Positions 43,466 through 57,988 of a stretch of DNA of 64,000 nt are shown here, in pieces. Below the pieces are notes generated by a model that saw only the letters and a list, made by a program, of their open reading frames with translations, had not been told where the DNA came from and searched no databases. Origin of the DNA: the human T2T-CHM13v2.0 reference genome, Homo sapiens; NCBI RefSeq assembly GCF_009914755.1, contig NC_060946.1, one strand, 5' to 3'. Positions within the stretch are counted from its first letter, which is position 1. Every line of letters starts with the position of its first letter. Both the position numbers and the translations under genes were made by a program.

Positions 43466-44642
43466 TAGCCCAATCAAGCTTCATTGAAAACTGTAATGCA
43501 TGATATGAAAAATGCATTAGATGTAATCAATAGAAAATTAGACATTGCAGAAGAAAAGATTAGTGAACTTGAAGACATAGCAATAGAAACTATCCACAAA
43601 GAAACATACAGAGGGAAAAGAATTCCACAAAATAGAGGACATCAATGAGCTGTAGGTCAACTTCAAGCAGCTTAATAATTGGAACCTCTGAAGGAGAGGA
43701 GGTAGGAAATGGAAAAAAATTTCGAAAAAATAATGATCAAAATTTTTCCAAAACAATGAAAGCTATAAACCCACAGATCTAAGGAGTCTACAAACTCCAA
43801 ACACAAGAACCATGAAGAAAACACCAAGGTACATCATACTAGAATCGCTCAAAAACAGTAATAAAGACAACATCTTAAAAGCAGCCAGAGGGGGGAAAGA
43901 CGTATTACATAGAAAGGAAGAAAATAAGAATGGCAACAGACTTCTTATCAGAAACAATGCAAGTGGGAAGACAGTGAAGCAACATCTTTAAAGTACTGGG
44001 ATCAAAAACTGTCAACCAATACCCGTATGTAAAGCAAAAATATATTTCAAAAGATATTTTCAACAAAAATATACTCAGTGAAATATCTTTCAAAACCAAA
44101 GGTTAAATAATGACATTTTAAAACACAAAAGTAGGGGAAAAAACATATTGGCAACACATTTGCTCTGTAAAAAAAATGTTAAAGAAAGTCCTCCTTGCAG
44201 AGGAAAAATAACAGATGGGAATATAGATCTACACAAACGAATGAAGAACACTGAAAATGGCACCTCCATGGGTACGTATGCAAGATTTTCAAAATTGTTT
44301 AATTCTCCTTAGAAGATAATTGAAAAGAATGCTTAAATAAATGAACAGATATCCCATATTCATGGGTTGGAAGACTTAATATTGTTAACATGGCAATACC
44401 GCATAAAGTAATCATAGATTCAATGCAGTAGCTATCAAAATTTCAAGGGCCTTTTTGCAGAAATAGAAAAAGCCGATCCTCAAATTCATATGGAATGGTA
44501 AGGGGTCCCAAATAGCCAAGAAATCTTGAAAAAGAACAAAGTTGGAGGTCATACTTCCTGATTTTATAACTAACTACAAGATGATAGACTTAAACCTAAC
44601 TATATTAATAATCACATTAAATGCAAATAGTCCAAACACCCC

Positions 44643-44845
44643 TGTCTTAGAACCTTCAGGATGCTATAACAAAATATGTTAGACTGAGTAATTTATAACC
44701 AACAGAATGTATTGCTCACTGTTCTGGAGGCTGGGAAGTCCAAGATCGAGATACTAGCAGATTGGGTGTCTGGTGAGGGCTGCTCTCTGTTTCAAAGATG
44801 GCACCTTCTAGCCGTGTTCTCACATGGTGGAAGGGACAAACACCA
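44643..44845 (-). mobile_element. MaLR (MST/MLT1A-like) LTR fragment
   Basis: 'gctataacaaaata...gtaatttata...gctcactgttctggaggctgggaagtccaagatc'. Confidence 0.75.
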
Positions 44846-45664
44846 TGAGGTTAAAAGTAAAAGGATAGAAAAAGACACACCATAATAACAGTTGTCAAAA
44901 GAAAGCTGGAATAGCTACAGCATTGAAGTAAATTTCAGAGGAAAGAATATTACCAGGCATAAAGAAGGCCACCTAATAATTATAAAGGTGTCAATTAATC
45001 AAGAAGACAGAACAATCTTAAATAGCTATCTACTTAATAACAGCATTTCAAAATGCATGCACAAACTGATGGAACTGAAGGAAGAAAGAAATCACAATCA
45101 TGGCCAGAGATTCCAATATCCCTCTCTCAGACATTGATAGAACAAGTAGACAATCGGTAAGGATATAATAGAAGATCTGAGCAACATTATCTGCCAGCTT
45201 GACCGAATTATAATTTATGGAATGCTGTACTCAATCATAGCAAAATAAACCTTCTTTTTAAGTGTACATAGAACATTTACCAAGATAGACCATATTCTGG
45301 TCCATAAAATGTAAAAGGATTCAACTTATACAAAATTATACAAAATATGTTCTCTGGCCGTAATGGAAATCAAAAACATAATGATTAACGATAACTTGAC
45401 AATCCCCAAATATTTGGAAACCAAATAACTTATACTCCACTAGTCAAAGAAGATACCAAAGGTAAAATTAGAAAGTAGTATAACCTGAATGAAAATGGAA
45501 ATATAGCACAGAATTTGTGAGAAAGTCCTAAGGCAGAGCTGAGCTTAGCTTCAGATGCTGCCAAATGCCTAATTAGAAAAGATGAAAGAGCTCAAATCAG
45601 TGACCTCAGCTCCACCTTAAGAAACTAGAAATAGAGCAAATTAAAGTAAGCGAAAGAAAGGACT

Positions 45665-45927
45665 CCCGGCACTTTGGGAGGTCGAGGTGGGTGGACCACC
45701 TGAGGTCAGGAGTTCAAGACCAGCCTGGCCAACATGGTGAAACCTCGTCTCTACTAGAAATACAAAATGAGCTGGGCATGGTGGTGCATACCTGTAGTCC
45801 CAGCTACTTGGGAAACTGAGGCAAGCAGTCACTTGAACCCAGGAGGCGGAGGTTTCAGTGAGCAAAGTTCACGCCACTGCACTCCAACCTGGGCAATAGA
45901 GCGAGACTTCGTCTCAAAAAAAAAAAC
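45665..45927 (+). mobile_element. 5'-truncated AluSx-like
   Basis: Begins at 'tcccggcactttgggagg' and ends in an A-tail. Confidence 0.9.
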
Positions 45928-46621
45928 AACACTCATATAATCATCTCAATACATGCAGAAAAGGCATCTGACAAAATCTAACATCTATTCCTTATAAAAA
46001 CTCTCACCAAACCAGAAATAGAAGGGAACTTCCTCAACCTGACAACAGACATCTACAAAAACCCTGCAGATAAAATCACACTTAATGGTGAAAGACTGAA
46101 TGTTTTCCCCCTGAGATCAGGAATAAGAGAACGATGTTCAGTCTCGCCACTTCTATTCAACATTGTACTGGAAGTTCTAGCCAGGGAAATGGGTCAAGAA
46201 AAATAAATAAAGGAAATTCAGACTGGAAAGGAGGACACAAAACTGTCTTTATTTGCAGATGACATGATCATCTATGTAGAAAGTCCAGTGAAGCTACAAA
46301 AAGCTACTAGAACTAATCACTGAATTTAATAAGGCTGCAGGAACAAAATCTATACACATAAATCAATTGTATTTCTATACACTAGCAACCAGCAATTGAA
46401 AATTAAGAAATACTTAAGGATAAATCTGACGCAAATGTGAAAAACCTGTACATTAAAAATACACAGCTGAGATAAATGAGATCTACATTAATGGAGAGGT
46501 ATACTACATTCATAGGCTGGAAGACTCCAAATTGTTAAGATGCCATTTTCCTCTCAAATTGATCTATAGAGTCAATGTAATTGCAATAAAGATTCCAGCA
46601 GGCTTTTGTTGTAGAAGCTGA

Positions 46622-47245
<624 letters not shown>

Positions 47246-49168
47246 TGAGTTTCTAATGGGAAAAGAGGGCTTGTCTGTGGGTTGGAGAAATAAGCCCAAA
47301 TCCCCTTTCTGGGACCTGATGTTCAGCTTTCGTGTCAATGCACACATCCCAGAAACAGGGGCCAGCCAGAGACTCCAGGAAGTGGGCTCCCCCTCAGGGT
47401 CTCCCCAGGTCCGGCATGGGCTCTGGCTCTTCGAGGATCTTCCTAGAGAAAGGCACCGTGCTCAGGCCAGTGGCCCGAGGGGACAGGCTCAGGAACCCGC
47501 TCCTAGCTGGCTGCACGGGGGAAGGGGTTGGGGGAAGAGGGGCAGGCCCTTACTCCTCACTCCCACCCCTGCCCCGCCCCAGTCTACGCATTTGGGAAGC
47601 AAGGCTGGAAGAGACCCAGCCGCCTGGCCTGCAGCCCACATCCATCCCCATGGGACCAGAGAACCCACAGAGGGTCGTCCAGAACACCTGGGACACAGAG
47701 GCAGTTTTGTGGGTAGAGCCAGGCACACATCCAGCGGCAGAGGCCCTAGGAGCAGGGCTCAGGGTAGAGACTGAGTGCCCTGAGGCAGCTTCTGGGGGTC
47801 TTCAAAAGAGGACCCATCTCCTGGACACACAGAACCCACTTTGCCCATGCAAAGCCCGGGGCCCAGTCCTGATGACTTAGGAGCAAAGAGACTTGGGAGT
47901 TATGGTAAAATTGGGGATACTAACAGCTTCCTTGCAGGCCTGTCAGGAGGACTGGATTAGAATGGGCACCCCTAAGCATCTTCCCATGTGTGGAGGGGGC
48001 GCTCAGAGCCCTGATGTCCTTTTCCTATTTGTTCCCCGCAGGAGTGGGGTGACCAGAAGATTCTGGGTCTACTGGATTTTGAAAAAAGGCAGACAGCAGA
48101 GTGAGACGGAGACAGTCTGGAGAGCCAGCCAGCAGAACTCTGCACAGCTGTATTCTCCACCTCCCACCTTGCGCCCTGCTGTCCCCGGGGTCGCGGACCA
48201 GCAGAGGGTGGGCAGGAGACCGCATTCACAGTGTGGCTCCTCACTGTCATCCCAGAGTCTCCCCTCACGAGCACCCCGGCTGCAGGGTGTAACCTGAGGC
48301 CCGAGCAGGGCCCATGGAGCTTCTGCTGCTTTTCCCCGGGGGCCCTGATGTGACATTTCTCGTCCAGGAAGAGGATGGAAGGTGAGGTCCCTCTCCACAC
48401 TGCACCTGCCACCCTGGGGCTCCCCACCCGCCTGCGCAGGAGGGAGGAGCAGGGGACACCCTTGGGAGGGCGTTTCCTTTAAAAACATCAGACCACGAAC
48501 CAGGGCCCAATGGGGCGGCCCAGAGGCAGTGGAAGGGAAAGCGGAGCTCGATCTGGGTTTCGGCCCCAGCAAGTCCCCTCCCCCGGTTGACCCAAATTTC
48601 CCACTATAAAGTGAAGGCGGGAGCTGGACTCCAGCTCGCGGAGGAAATCCGGCCGCCGCGCAGCGGGCTGAGGTGGAAGGTGTCATCGGTCATCCTCGTC
48701 ATCTTGATATTCACCTGGGACCCTTGTGGGAACCTCTTTCCCTAGTTTGCCACCAGCTCTGCCTCTCCCTCACCCACCTGTGACCCAAGCACATTCTCGT
48801 GACCTCTCTGAGCCTCAGTTTCCTTATCTGTCAAGTCGAGATCACAGCACTGACCTCCAGGGCTCACTGGGAAGCGGGGATGAGGTGGTGCGCATTGCAG
48901 TGACTGGCACCGGCTGTGAGCTCAGAACACGGCGGCTGGAGCTATCCGCCAGCAACTCTTAAGCCAAAGCCCTCACCGGGCTGCCTGCCAGCTGTCAGAG
49001 ACCAAGCTCCAGGTGACCCCTCCACCGAGAGCAGTTCCCCCTTCCCCCTTCTGAGCGCCAGGCAGGTCCACAGCCGCCCTGCTCCGGAGTGGGTCCCAGG
49101 TGGCAGGCGGGGGTAGAGAGGATTCAGGGTGCTGCCTTCTGTCCTTCACACCCTGCAAGGGGCCCCTT

Positions 49169-49281
49169 CCAATCAGAAGCTGTTTCCATGGCAACCCTGC
49201 TGGGCCCCATCCTCCCCTTTGCAGCCAAAGACTCCACCTCGGGCCGGCCTCGCCACTGTCCCTCCTTGAAGGCATGATTGG
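49169..49281. promoter_or_regulatory. NF-Y/RFX motif module
   Basis: CCAATCAG at 49169, X-box GTTTCCATGGCAAC at 49182-49195, reverse CCAAT (ATTGG) at 49277-49281. Confidence 0.55.
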
Positions 49282-50116
49282 TCTCTTCTCCCCTGTGAGT
49301 ATGTCCAACACGTTTGAACAGAGTCGCTTCTCACAGCCCATCCTCAAAGCCAGCACCGGGGCCCAACACCCCGCCCCCCACACGCCGCCCCTCTCTCAGC
49401 TGTGGCCCCGCCTGCCCAGCAGGGCAGATTGCCTGGCAAGCAGTCAGCTTGTAATTAGCACTCATTAGCGCTCCAGCAATCTGCAGACAAGTCACCTGTG
49501 GCCAAGTCCCTTCTGAACGATTGCAATGATTCCTGTGGGTTTCAAACATCAAAGGATGCGGAGCTGAGCGAGAGGCAGGCAGCGCCCTTTGTGCTTATTT
49601 CTGCCCCTTCCCGCTCTTGCACCCCAGAAAGTTCTCATCTGTGGAATGGGCCGGGGCAGGGAGGGTGGCTGAGGTAGCACTCGCAGCGGGCCTGGGGAGC
49701 TGAATGGGGCTGGGTCCTGGCCTCCCAGCCAGCTGCCCTTCCTGAGAAAGCATCTCTGCAAACACGGTGTGTCCACGAGGTCCCTGCAGGAGGATACTCA
49801 CATCCAGCCAGAAGATGAGGCTGCTGTGTCGGTGGCCAAGGCCTTCCAGTGCCGGGGCTGGAGCGCCTGCAGGTGGTGTAAGCAGAGGGGGCGTCGTCCT
49901 CGGGGAGCTCACAGCCTGGGGAGAGGCAGAGGGGTCGTGGGGTAGACCCAGGGCCCAGCACTTCTAGAAGAGAGAGCAGAGGGGCTGGGGAGATGGCCCG
50001 TGGTCCCCACACAGGGAGAGAAGAGCATGTGCAAAGTCCCAAAGCAGAGGGCATCTGGGCCATGACGACCACTAGCCAGTCAGACAGGGTGGCCTCCCCA
50101 CAGCTGACACCCTCCG

Positions 50117-50365
50117 GCCTTCCCTCCCTCCTTCCCACACACTCCCTCCCTCCTTCCCTCCCCCTTCCCTCCCTCCTTCCCTCCCTCCCCCTTCCCTCCC
50201 TGCTTCCCTCCCTCCTCCCTACACACTTCTGCCCTTCCTTCCTTCCTTCCTTCTTTCCTCCCTCCTTCCCTCCCTCCCTTCCTCCCTCCCTCCCTTCCCC
50301 CCTCCCTCCCTCCCTCCCTCCCTCCCTTCCCTCCCTTCCCCCCCTTCCTCCCTCCCTCCCTCCTT
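50117..50365. repeat. Polypyrimidine (CCCT/CCTT)n low-complexity tract
   Basis: ~250 bp of almost pure C/T. Confidence 0.95.
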
Positions 50366-52534
50366 GCTATCATCTAGTGGGCAAAAAATAGACTCTACTT
50401 TAGAGTCAAAGACTCTTAGACCTCAAATGCTCTGGTCCTGGGCCCAACTGGCCCAGTTCCCAAATGGAAGAACTCAGCAACAGGGATTTGCATGAATCGT
50501 GCTGCGCCCGACGGAACCGTGGCCAAGGCCCAGACCCCTGGACCCCTGCTCTGTGACCTTCCCATGACACAAAGCTGCTGTGGCCTCCACCCCGGCCAGG
50601 GTCAGAGAGTGCTCTAAAAAAAAAAAAAAGCCTGCCACATTTCTCTTCTGGTTTCAAATTGATGATCCGAGAATAATTGGCTCTATAGGCAGAGTAGGTC
50701 CCTGTACACAATGCAACCTTCAGAGATAGGACAGGACGTGTTGGCAAATCCTCCATCCTCTTCTGAAGGATGCTCGGGGCAGAGGAGAGGCTCGGACATC
50801 AGGACAGGCTCTGGGAAGGCTCTTGGTGTCTCCCTGTTGGGGGACCTCTGCTGTGACTTGGGGGACATGTGCAGCCATATAAGGAGGGAAGGTCAGCTGC
50901 CTCCACCGCGACCACCTCCTGACCGTGCAGTGACTGCTTAAGAGTGACAGCTCCTCAGGCCCTGGGAACAGCAGGGAGGGGGCTGGTGACAGAGGCTTTG
51001 GGGAAAGCAGGCCCCATGGCCTCCAGCCTGCCTGGACTCAGCCACCTGCGGTGACCTCCTAGTGTCCAGGCCCCAGGCCACCCAGGGGCTGCTCCTGGCA
51101 GCTCTGGGCAGTGGTCAAGTCCTTGAGGAAAAGCAGAAAAGGTGGCCGGGCTGAGGGCTCCCAGGACTGTGGGGCGGCTGAACCCTGCCCAGGGTCCGTC
51201 TGCTGGCCAGCCGCCTCCGAGGATGGTCTGGCTTTCCCATCACGGTTTGTCAGGAATGGGGTCGGGGCTGGGGCGCATGTATTCGTATTCCTCAGATATC
51301 CCTGTTGCCCGGTCTGCCTTGGTGCGGGAGAAGACGTTCCGGCTGCACCCCATGAGTTCCGGGGGGGGAAGGAAGGAGAACGCACGGGAACCATCGATCC
51401 CATTGATTTGCCGGGGTTGTGGGAAGACGCTTCTCTCCTGCGGGATTTTTTAAAGCGCAGTTTGGCTGGGCTTGGGTTTCTTCTTCACTAATTGAATTCC
51501 ATTTGTGCCGGAGAGAACAGAAAAAATACTGTTTGCCTCCGCCCGGCCCCTCCCCCTGCGGCGAGGAGGAGAAGGGCAAGTGCGGATAGAGGGGACGCCT
51601 TTCAGGCCGTGTGAACGAGCCCCAGCCGAGGTGACCCGAGCGGCCACGGCTCGGCACAGGGCAGGTGTCCCCGGGACAATACCCCCCGGCCCCCCGGGCA
51701 GCCTTCAGGGGCAGTGGCAGGCACTGGGGATGGGAGGGCCAGGGACCACCCCGGGGAGAGAATGCTGGAGCCAGCCGGGGTCCTGGGGGCAGGGCCTGAA
51801 GGAAGTCCCCGGGCACCCGGGCCCTGATGAATGCAGCCGCGGTTGAGAATCGCCCGCGTGAATCCCTATTCAGAGCGGAGCCCTTGTTCTCGCCGAGTCT
51901 GCTGCCTGGGCAGCCGCAGATGTCCCAGAGCAGAGTGGACGATTCTGCAGACACAAAGGCGCTTGTGGGGAGCTGGTGCTGCGTTTTGTTTGGGTTTGGG
52001 TTTTTCGTGCCTAAGCCAGTGAAGCGAGCGAGGCCTTCGCTTAAACTTGACCTCCTGGTGGCTCCCAGCACCCCGCTGGCCAGCCGGTCCCAGGAGGGCT
52101 GCAGTAAGTCAGTGAGTCCGGGCCACTTGGATGCCACCCGGCCCCAGCGCCCCCGTGGCAGCTGTTCCCCGGAGAGCAGTGGTGACCATGGGAATGATCG
52201 TGACAGTGACAGTGCCCTCCCTGCTCACGGGGTGTCTTCTCATTTCCATGTTAAAGATGAAGAAACTGAGGCCGGGAGGCTAAGCGGCTTGCATCTATGT
52301 TCACACAGCCCCACAATGTCCGGAGTGGGTGCTTCCCGCCCAGGCTGTCTCTTGGACGTCCCTGTGCCCAGCCCTGTCCTGGTGTTCCTTGAGGGGAGGA
52401 GGCTGGGGCTACCCAGCTTCTGGGGCTCAGGGCCTTTCCATCCTTGGGGACCGCCTGTGGCTGGCAGACACCTCCCATCTCAGGGTCAGACCTCCCTGCT
52501 GTCTATCACGCCTTATGGGGGATATGCCCATTGA

Positions 52535-52832
<298 letters not shown>

Positions 52833-55800
52833 CCATTGAAGACTTTATCTGTGACCGACATCGTTGAGGATGGGAGGTTGAACCCCAGTGGACAGTCACT
52901 TCCACCCTGGCTCTTACGGCTGCACGAGCCAGGCTGAGAATTCTGCAGGTGCCGTTGTCTGTGGTCTGACTGTGACCTGAACCTGGCGGCTGGCAAGCTC
53001 CGTGTGTCTCTGAGGCGTCTTGGCTCTGCTGCACCCAGAGGTTTAATGAACGTGAGAAAACATCGCACGGGAGGTGCTGGCAAACCCCCTCCCGACAAGG
53101 GCCACAGTCCAGGTCCTGGGAGGGGCTCACGCTGCTCAGCCGCCAAAGATATGGGGAAGCCCCCCAGACCAGTGACCCATTATCCATATCCATGGGGGCC
53201 TAAGGAGAAGGGGACTTGCCTTCAGGTAGCTCCCAGTCCGGTGATCCCCCTGCCGACAAGCGCCCATGTGTGTAAAGTGGGGTAATGGAGGTGGCTCAGG
53301 GAGCACTGACCGTGAAACAGGCGAAGTGGCCACTGCCTGAGCGTTCCACATTGTTCCAGCGCCAGCCTGACGGGCATTTGTGGGCATTGGGCGGAGCACC
53401 TATGACATCGACAGAACCCCAGCGCCCGCCCCAGAGGACAGCGCCGATGGAGAGGAACCAGGGGCACAGAGACGTTAACTGACTTTCTCCCAGTCACACA
53501 GCAGTAGAGGAAAGGGCCTAGGCAACCCCACCCTCCCAGGCTCCCAGCAGTAGATGGATGAAGGATGAGGGGACACCTAGGGAGGAGGGCAGGGATGGGA
53601 GGACCAGGAGCTAAGGCTGGGAGCCGGGAGGAAGGCGGCCGGCACTCAGGTGAGTGTGGGGCCAATGCCAGGCCCTGGGCGTGGAACCGGGGAGTTCGTG
53701 TTTCCGCTCCACAGCCAGGACTCACTTTGCAGGGAGAGCGAGGGGGAGGGTCACCTGCTCCCTGAAGCCAGGTGTGGGCAGTCAGGCTGGCTTCCTCTCC
53801 AGGCCACCTCACCCCACTTCCACCCCACCACTTCCACCCCACAGGAGGAGCGTGGGCAGGCAAGTCCCGGCAAGGGTGCTGCTTTCCTGGGCCTGAGCCA
53901 CGCCCAGTGGCCGTGGGGCTGGGGAGATGGCAGATGTGGGGGAGAATGTTGAGGCTGGTGATCGGTGATAGCTGCGGCCCAGCCAGTTTGGGTACTGCAT
54001 GCGCCATCCAAAGCCCCGAGGCCCGGGAGACGAGCCAGCCCAGTCAGATCGCCAGTGGAGAGCCAGGCCGGGCAGCTGGGAGACCTGGCTGCAACGGTGC
54101 CTCTGGGCTCCAGGGGTAGGTTTGGCCTCAGCGGTCCTGACTCAGGATGCCCCGGCCTTCTCCACGGGTGCCCAGCACAGGGGCTCCTCCCAGGGCCAAC
54201 ACTGCACTCTCCAAGGATTTACTCTACCCTCTGGAGTGGGACCCCTGGCATCACCCGTGCCACCCCACCTTCCTTGCTGGGCCAGCCTCCACACGGCCGA
54301 GAGTGATGATGTGGTTGATAATCACCACCACCATTATCGAGCCCATTTCACATGCTGAGCCCTGAGCCCCAGACACACATAGCCTGGGCTCGTCCCCTCC
54401 TGCCCTGCTCCCGCGCTGTTCGTACCCTCAAGGTCCCTGTGTGTGTTTGCTGCAAGCGGCATTTGGGTAGGTTCTTTGCATCTGTTTTCTCTACTCCTTG
54501 CAACAGCCTTGTCCCCATTTTACAGATGATAAATTGAGCCACGCAGAGGAGAGGTAACTCCCTCCTGTCCTCAGAGTGTCCCGAAGACCCTCCTTTGCCT
54601 GGTGAGTGACATACTAGAGCCCGCACGGTGACAGCTCAGGTATGTGGCACCCCTCGGACCCACCCCTCCCTGGGTGGAGTGGCCCAGCTGTGGTGGGCAC
54701 TTCCTCACCCAGCCGTGGGCACAGGCCAGACCCTGAGCCCAGCGGCCCTGTAATTTCAGATGTAGCTGGGCATGTGTGTGTTATTGGGTGATACTTAAAT
54801 CCTAACCTTTTCAAAAGCAAACCCAAGTAAGCACATATTGGAGAACCATAATTCCAAGCTTGGAGGCCTCCCTCAAGGCGATGGGGAGTGTGGCATCGTG
54901 ACCGCTAACCCGGTCCCTCCGCGGCCTTGGGTTTAAAAGCGTCTGTGTCCAGCCGGGAGGTGAACTCCTGACAGCAACGCCCGTCCAGCCCACACCTCTG
55001 CCTGGCAGTGTGCAGCAGGACCCCTGAAGCCCAAGTCGAGAGCAGCGCCTGGTCTCCACCCGAGACTGGGTGGCGGAGAAGCGCTGCCTCTGACCTCAGT
55101 GAGCATGGAGAGGTGAGATGCCTGGCGGCCCACGCCATTGAAGGCACAGCTGAGGGCTGGTCAGGGCAGGTAACTGGGAAGGCTGTGGATGCCTCGGGCC
55201 CCCAAGCAAACAAAGCCTTTGAGGGAGCCCAGGGTCCTGACCGGGAGCGATGCAAGGCCCCCGGCTGCAGGGACAGCTTGGGAAGGGCCCCCGCTCACTC
55301 CAGCTGCACTTTGTGGGCCGTGGGGAGCTAAGGGATGTGTTCAAGGAATGCAGATGTGTTTCAGGAATAAACCAGCCCAGAACCCCCTGGCAGCTGGCAG
55401 GGAGTTCCCCACCCTTATCTCATTGCAGGCTGCATGGTGTGGCCAAAGGCACTGAGCCAGGCTTTCCCTCGTGGGAACCAGGGCAAGGGCCTGGCCCAGC
55501 CTGGGGACTGCAGTGGTCTCGCTTGGGTTTGCTGTGCAACTGGGTAGCGGTGGTGCCTGCCCCGAGCCCTCGGTCCAGTCAGTGAGGGTGTGACAGCGAG
55601 ATGAGCCAGGAGACGATGTTCTCCCTCAGCACACGACTGTCCCTGAGAGGCCACCAGGACCTGGCTGTCATTGTCCCTGTCACTGACAGCTGGAGAGGAT
55701 GCCCAGGCTGTGGGCAGGGCAGTGTGGGAAGGGGGCTGGGCAGGAGGTGCTGGGACAAGGCCAGGCTCCTTCCTGCTGGCTTCCCTCGTGTGTTGATGGG

Positions 55801-57988
55801 CTATATGTTTTCTTTGATTAAGGCGGTGACAGGTTTGGACAGTAGAGATTTCAGCAATTTCTGGAAGGGTGAGTTGGTGCCGCACAACCTTGCCTGGGAA
55901 CTGGGACACACGGCCTGGACCAAGCTGTGGTGACAGGGACACCCCTCCCAAAGCCTGGGTTGCCTGCTCAGCCTCACTCCCCCCAGCCTGCATGTGGCCG
56001 CCCCTCCCCTCAGCGAATTTGTCTGTTTCCCCATCCACCTGCTCCCAGGCTTCATTTGAGGCTGGGTCCGAGCACCGCCCCGCAGCCTTCCTGGCCCCAG
56101 CCCTTCACAGGAGCCTGCTCGGGGAGCCTCGTGGGCGTCAATGGAGCTGGACGGGGGGCTTCCTCTGCACCCCCAGTGCAGAGGTGGGGAGCCCTGCCAG
56201 GGGTGACTGCCTCCCACTACCCCATGGGGCCCACAGAGTTGGCCAAGATGGCCCCCTTCCCACGGGGGCTGAGCAGGGCCCCACTCCCCAGGGACGGGGA
56301 CTTGTGGGACCAGGAGACACAGCCCAGGGCAGTGGCCGAAGCCACTGCCCCTCCCACCACACCCTCTCGGGCTTGCACTGGTCCCCAGCCCCATGCCTCC
56401 CCTGCTCTTCATGTTCATCTTCAGGGGACCCCCTCTGTCCCTGACTGTCCCCTCGCCACCACAGCCTGTCTCATCCATCTCAGCTCACCACTCCCACCGC
56501 CCAGGGGGTCTCCCTGCCAGGTGTGAACTAGGGGTGGTGGGGTGGGTGGAGGGGTGAGCGTGTGCCCTCTTCCTGTGCTGGGGGAGCTGGGGGTGTCAGG
56601 TGTGGAGGGAGGAGCCTGGTGGCGAGGCCTGGAGGGACCAGCAGGGGCCGTGGAGTCCTGGGCCTGTGGTGCATCCCCCACTTCAGTCTGAACAGGACCT
56701 GCCTCGGAAGCAGAATCGGATTCCGCTGACTGGGACAACGTCACGTGACAGCGAGTCCAGCGCCCGGGGCCTGGGAGAACAAAGGCGGCTGACCCGGTGA
56801 GCAGCAGTGACCGAGCATCCAGGGCTGCTCGCTGGCTCTCTCCAAACACATTAGTGGGCTTGTCAGAGATGCATGCTCCCCTCCGCCCTCATTCACGATA
56901 CAAATGCCATTCCCAGGTGGCTTCGGGCCAGACGCACTCTGCTTGAATGCCCGCCGAAGCAGGTCCCAGCCCCAGACCTCAGCAGTCTCTGCCCCATGCG
57001 AGCCCAGTGCTGCCATCTGCATCTGGAAGGGGGCAGAGGGGGCCCAGGGCACTGATGAGCACTGGGCTGGGCTGCCTCCTCATCCGGGGCACCCTGCATC
57101 CGGCCTGCCCCCAACACTAGGGCCTGACGCATCTTCCCGTGCCACCTAAGGAGGGTCCTAGGGGGCCATGTGCTCCCAGGCCCTCCACGTCAGGTTCTCG
57201 GGAGGGAGGGCCTGGAAGGACTCAGAGCCTGCCTGATTCAGGGTGTCTTGCTTAGGTACAACCCCTGCCCCACCCACCCCAGCACCCTCCTTCCCGCCCC
57301 TCTCCCGGCAGTTCTTCCCTCTCTCTGTCACCCAGGCCCACGCATATTCTTTCTACATATTTCACTCGGATGCTCCCTCCTCCAGGAAGCCCTCCCTGAC
57401 TGCACCCCAGCCCAGCAAGCCTAGGTGCTGGCCATGCTTCAAATATCACATACACACGTACTCACATGCTCACACATGCACACATGTACTCACACGCTCA
57501 CACATGCACACACACACTTCCCCTCCCACAGCCACCATATGGTGGGAGGCGAAGTTTCCATCTCCTGTGTTGATCAGAGTTCACTAAGTGTAGGGACCAT
57601 GTTTTGATCACCATGGGATCCTTGGCCCCAGCCAGACCCAGGGCCTGTTGTAGGACCCCGGGAAATGTTTGCTGAGAACCGGGAGTATCTGCAGCCTGCA
57701 ATGGTGCAGACAGCGGCTGCTTCTCTGTGACACCGCGGCCAGGCCCCCAAAGGTTCTGGGTCATGCAAAGGGCAAGTTACCATTTTTTGAGCAACTGCTA
57801 TGGGCCAAGGGCAGTGCTGATTTGTACAAATCACCTCATTTCCTATTGTTCCTAATGGTTTTGTGAGCATTTTCACCCCCACTGGAGAGTCAGGGAGATG
57901 GAGGCTCAGAGAGGAGGCCAGGAGCAGAGACTGTGGGAGCAGAGACACCTGACCACAGTGTCCCCAAGGTGCCGGAGCCCAGGCAGGC

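Noticed and set aside
53436-53445. REST/NRSE site
   Set aside because: Only the right half-site GGACAGCGCC is present; the left half does not match.
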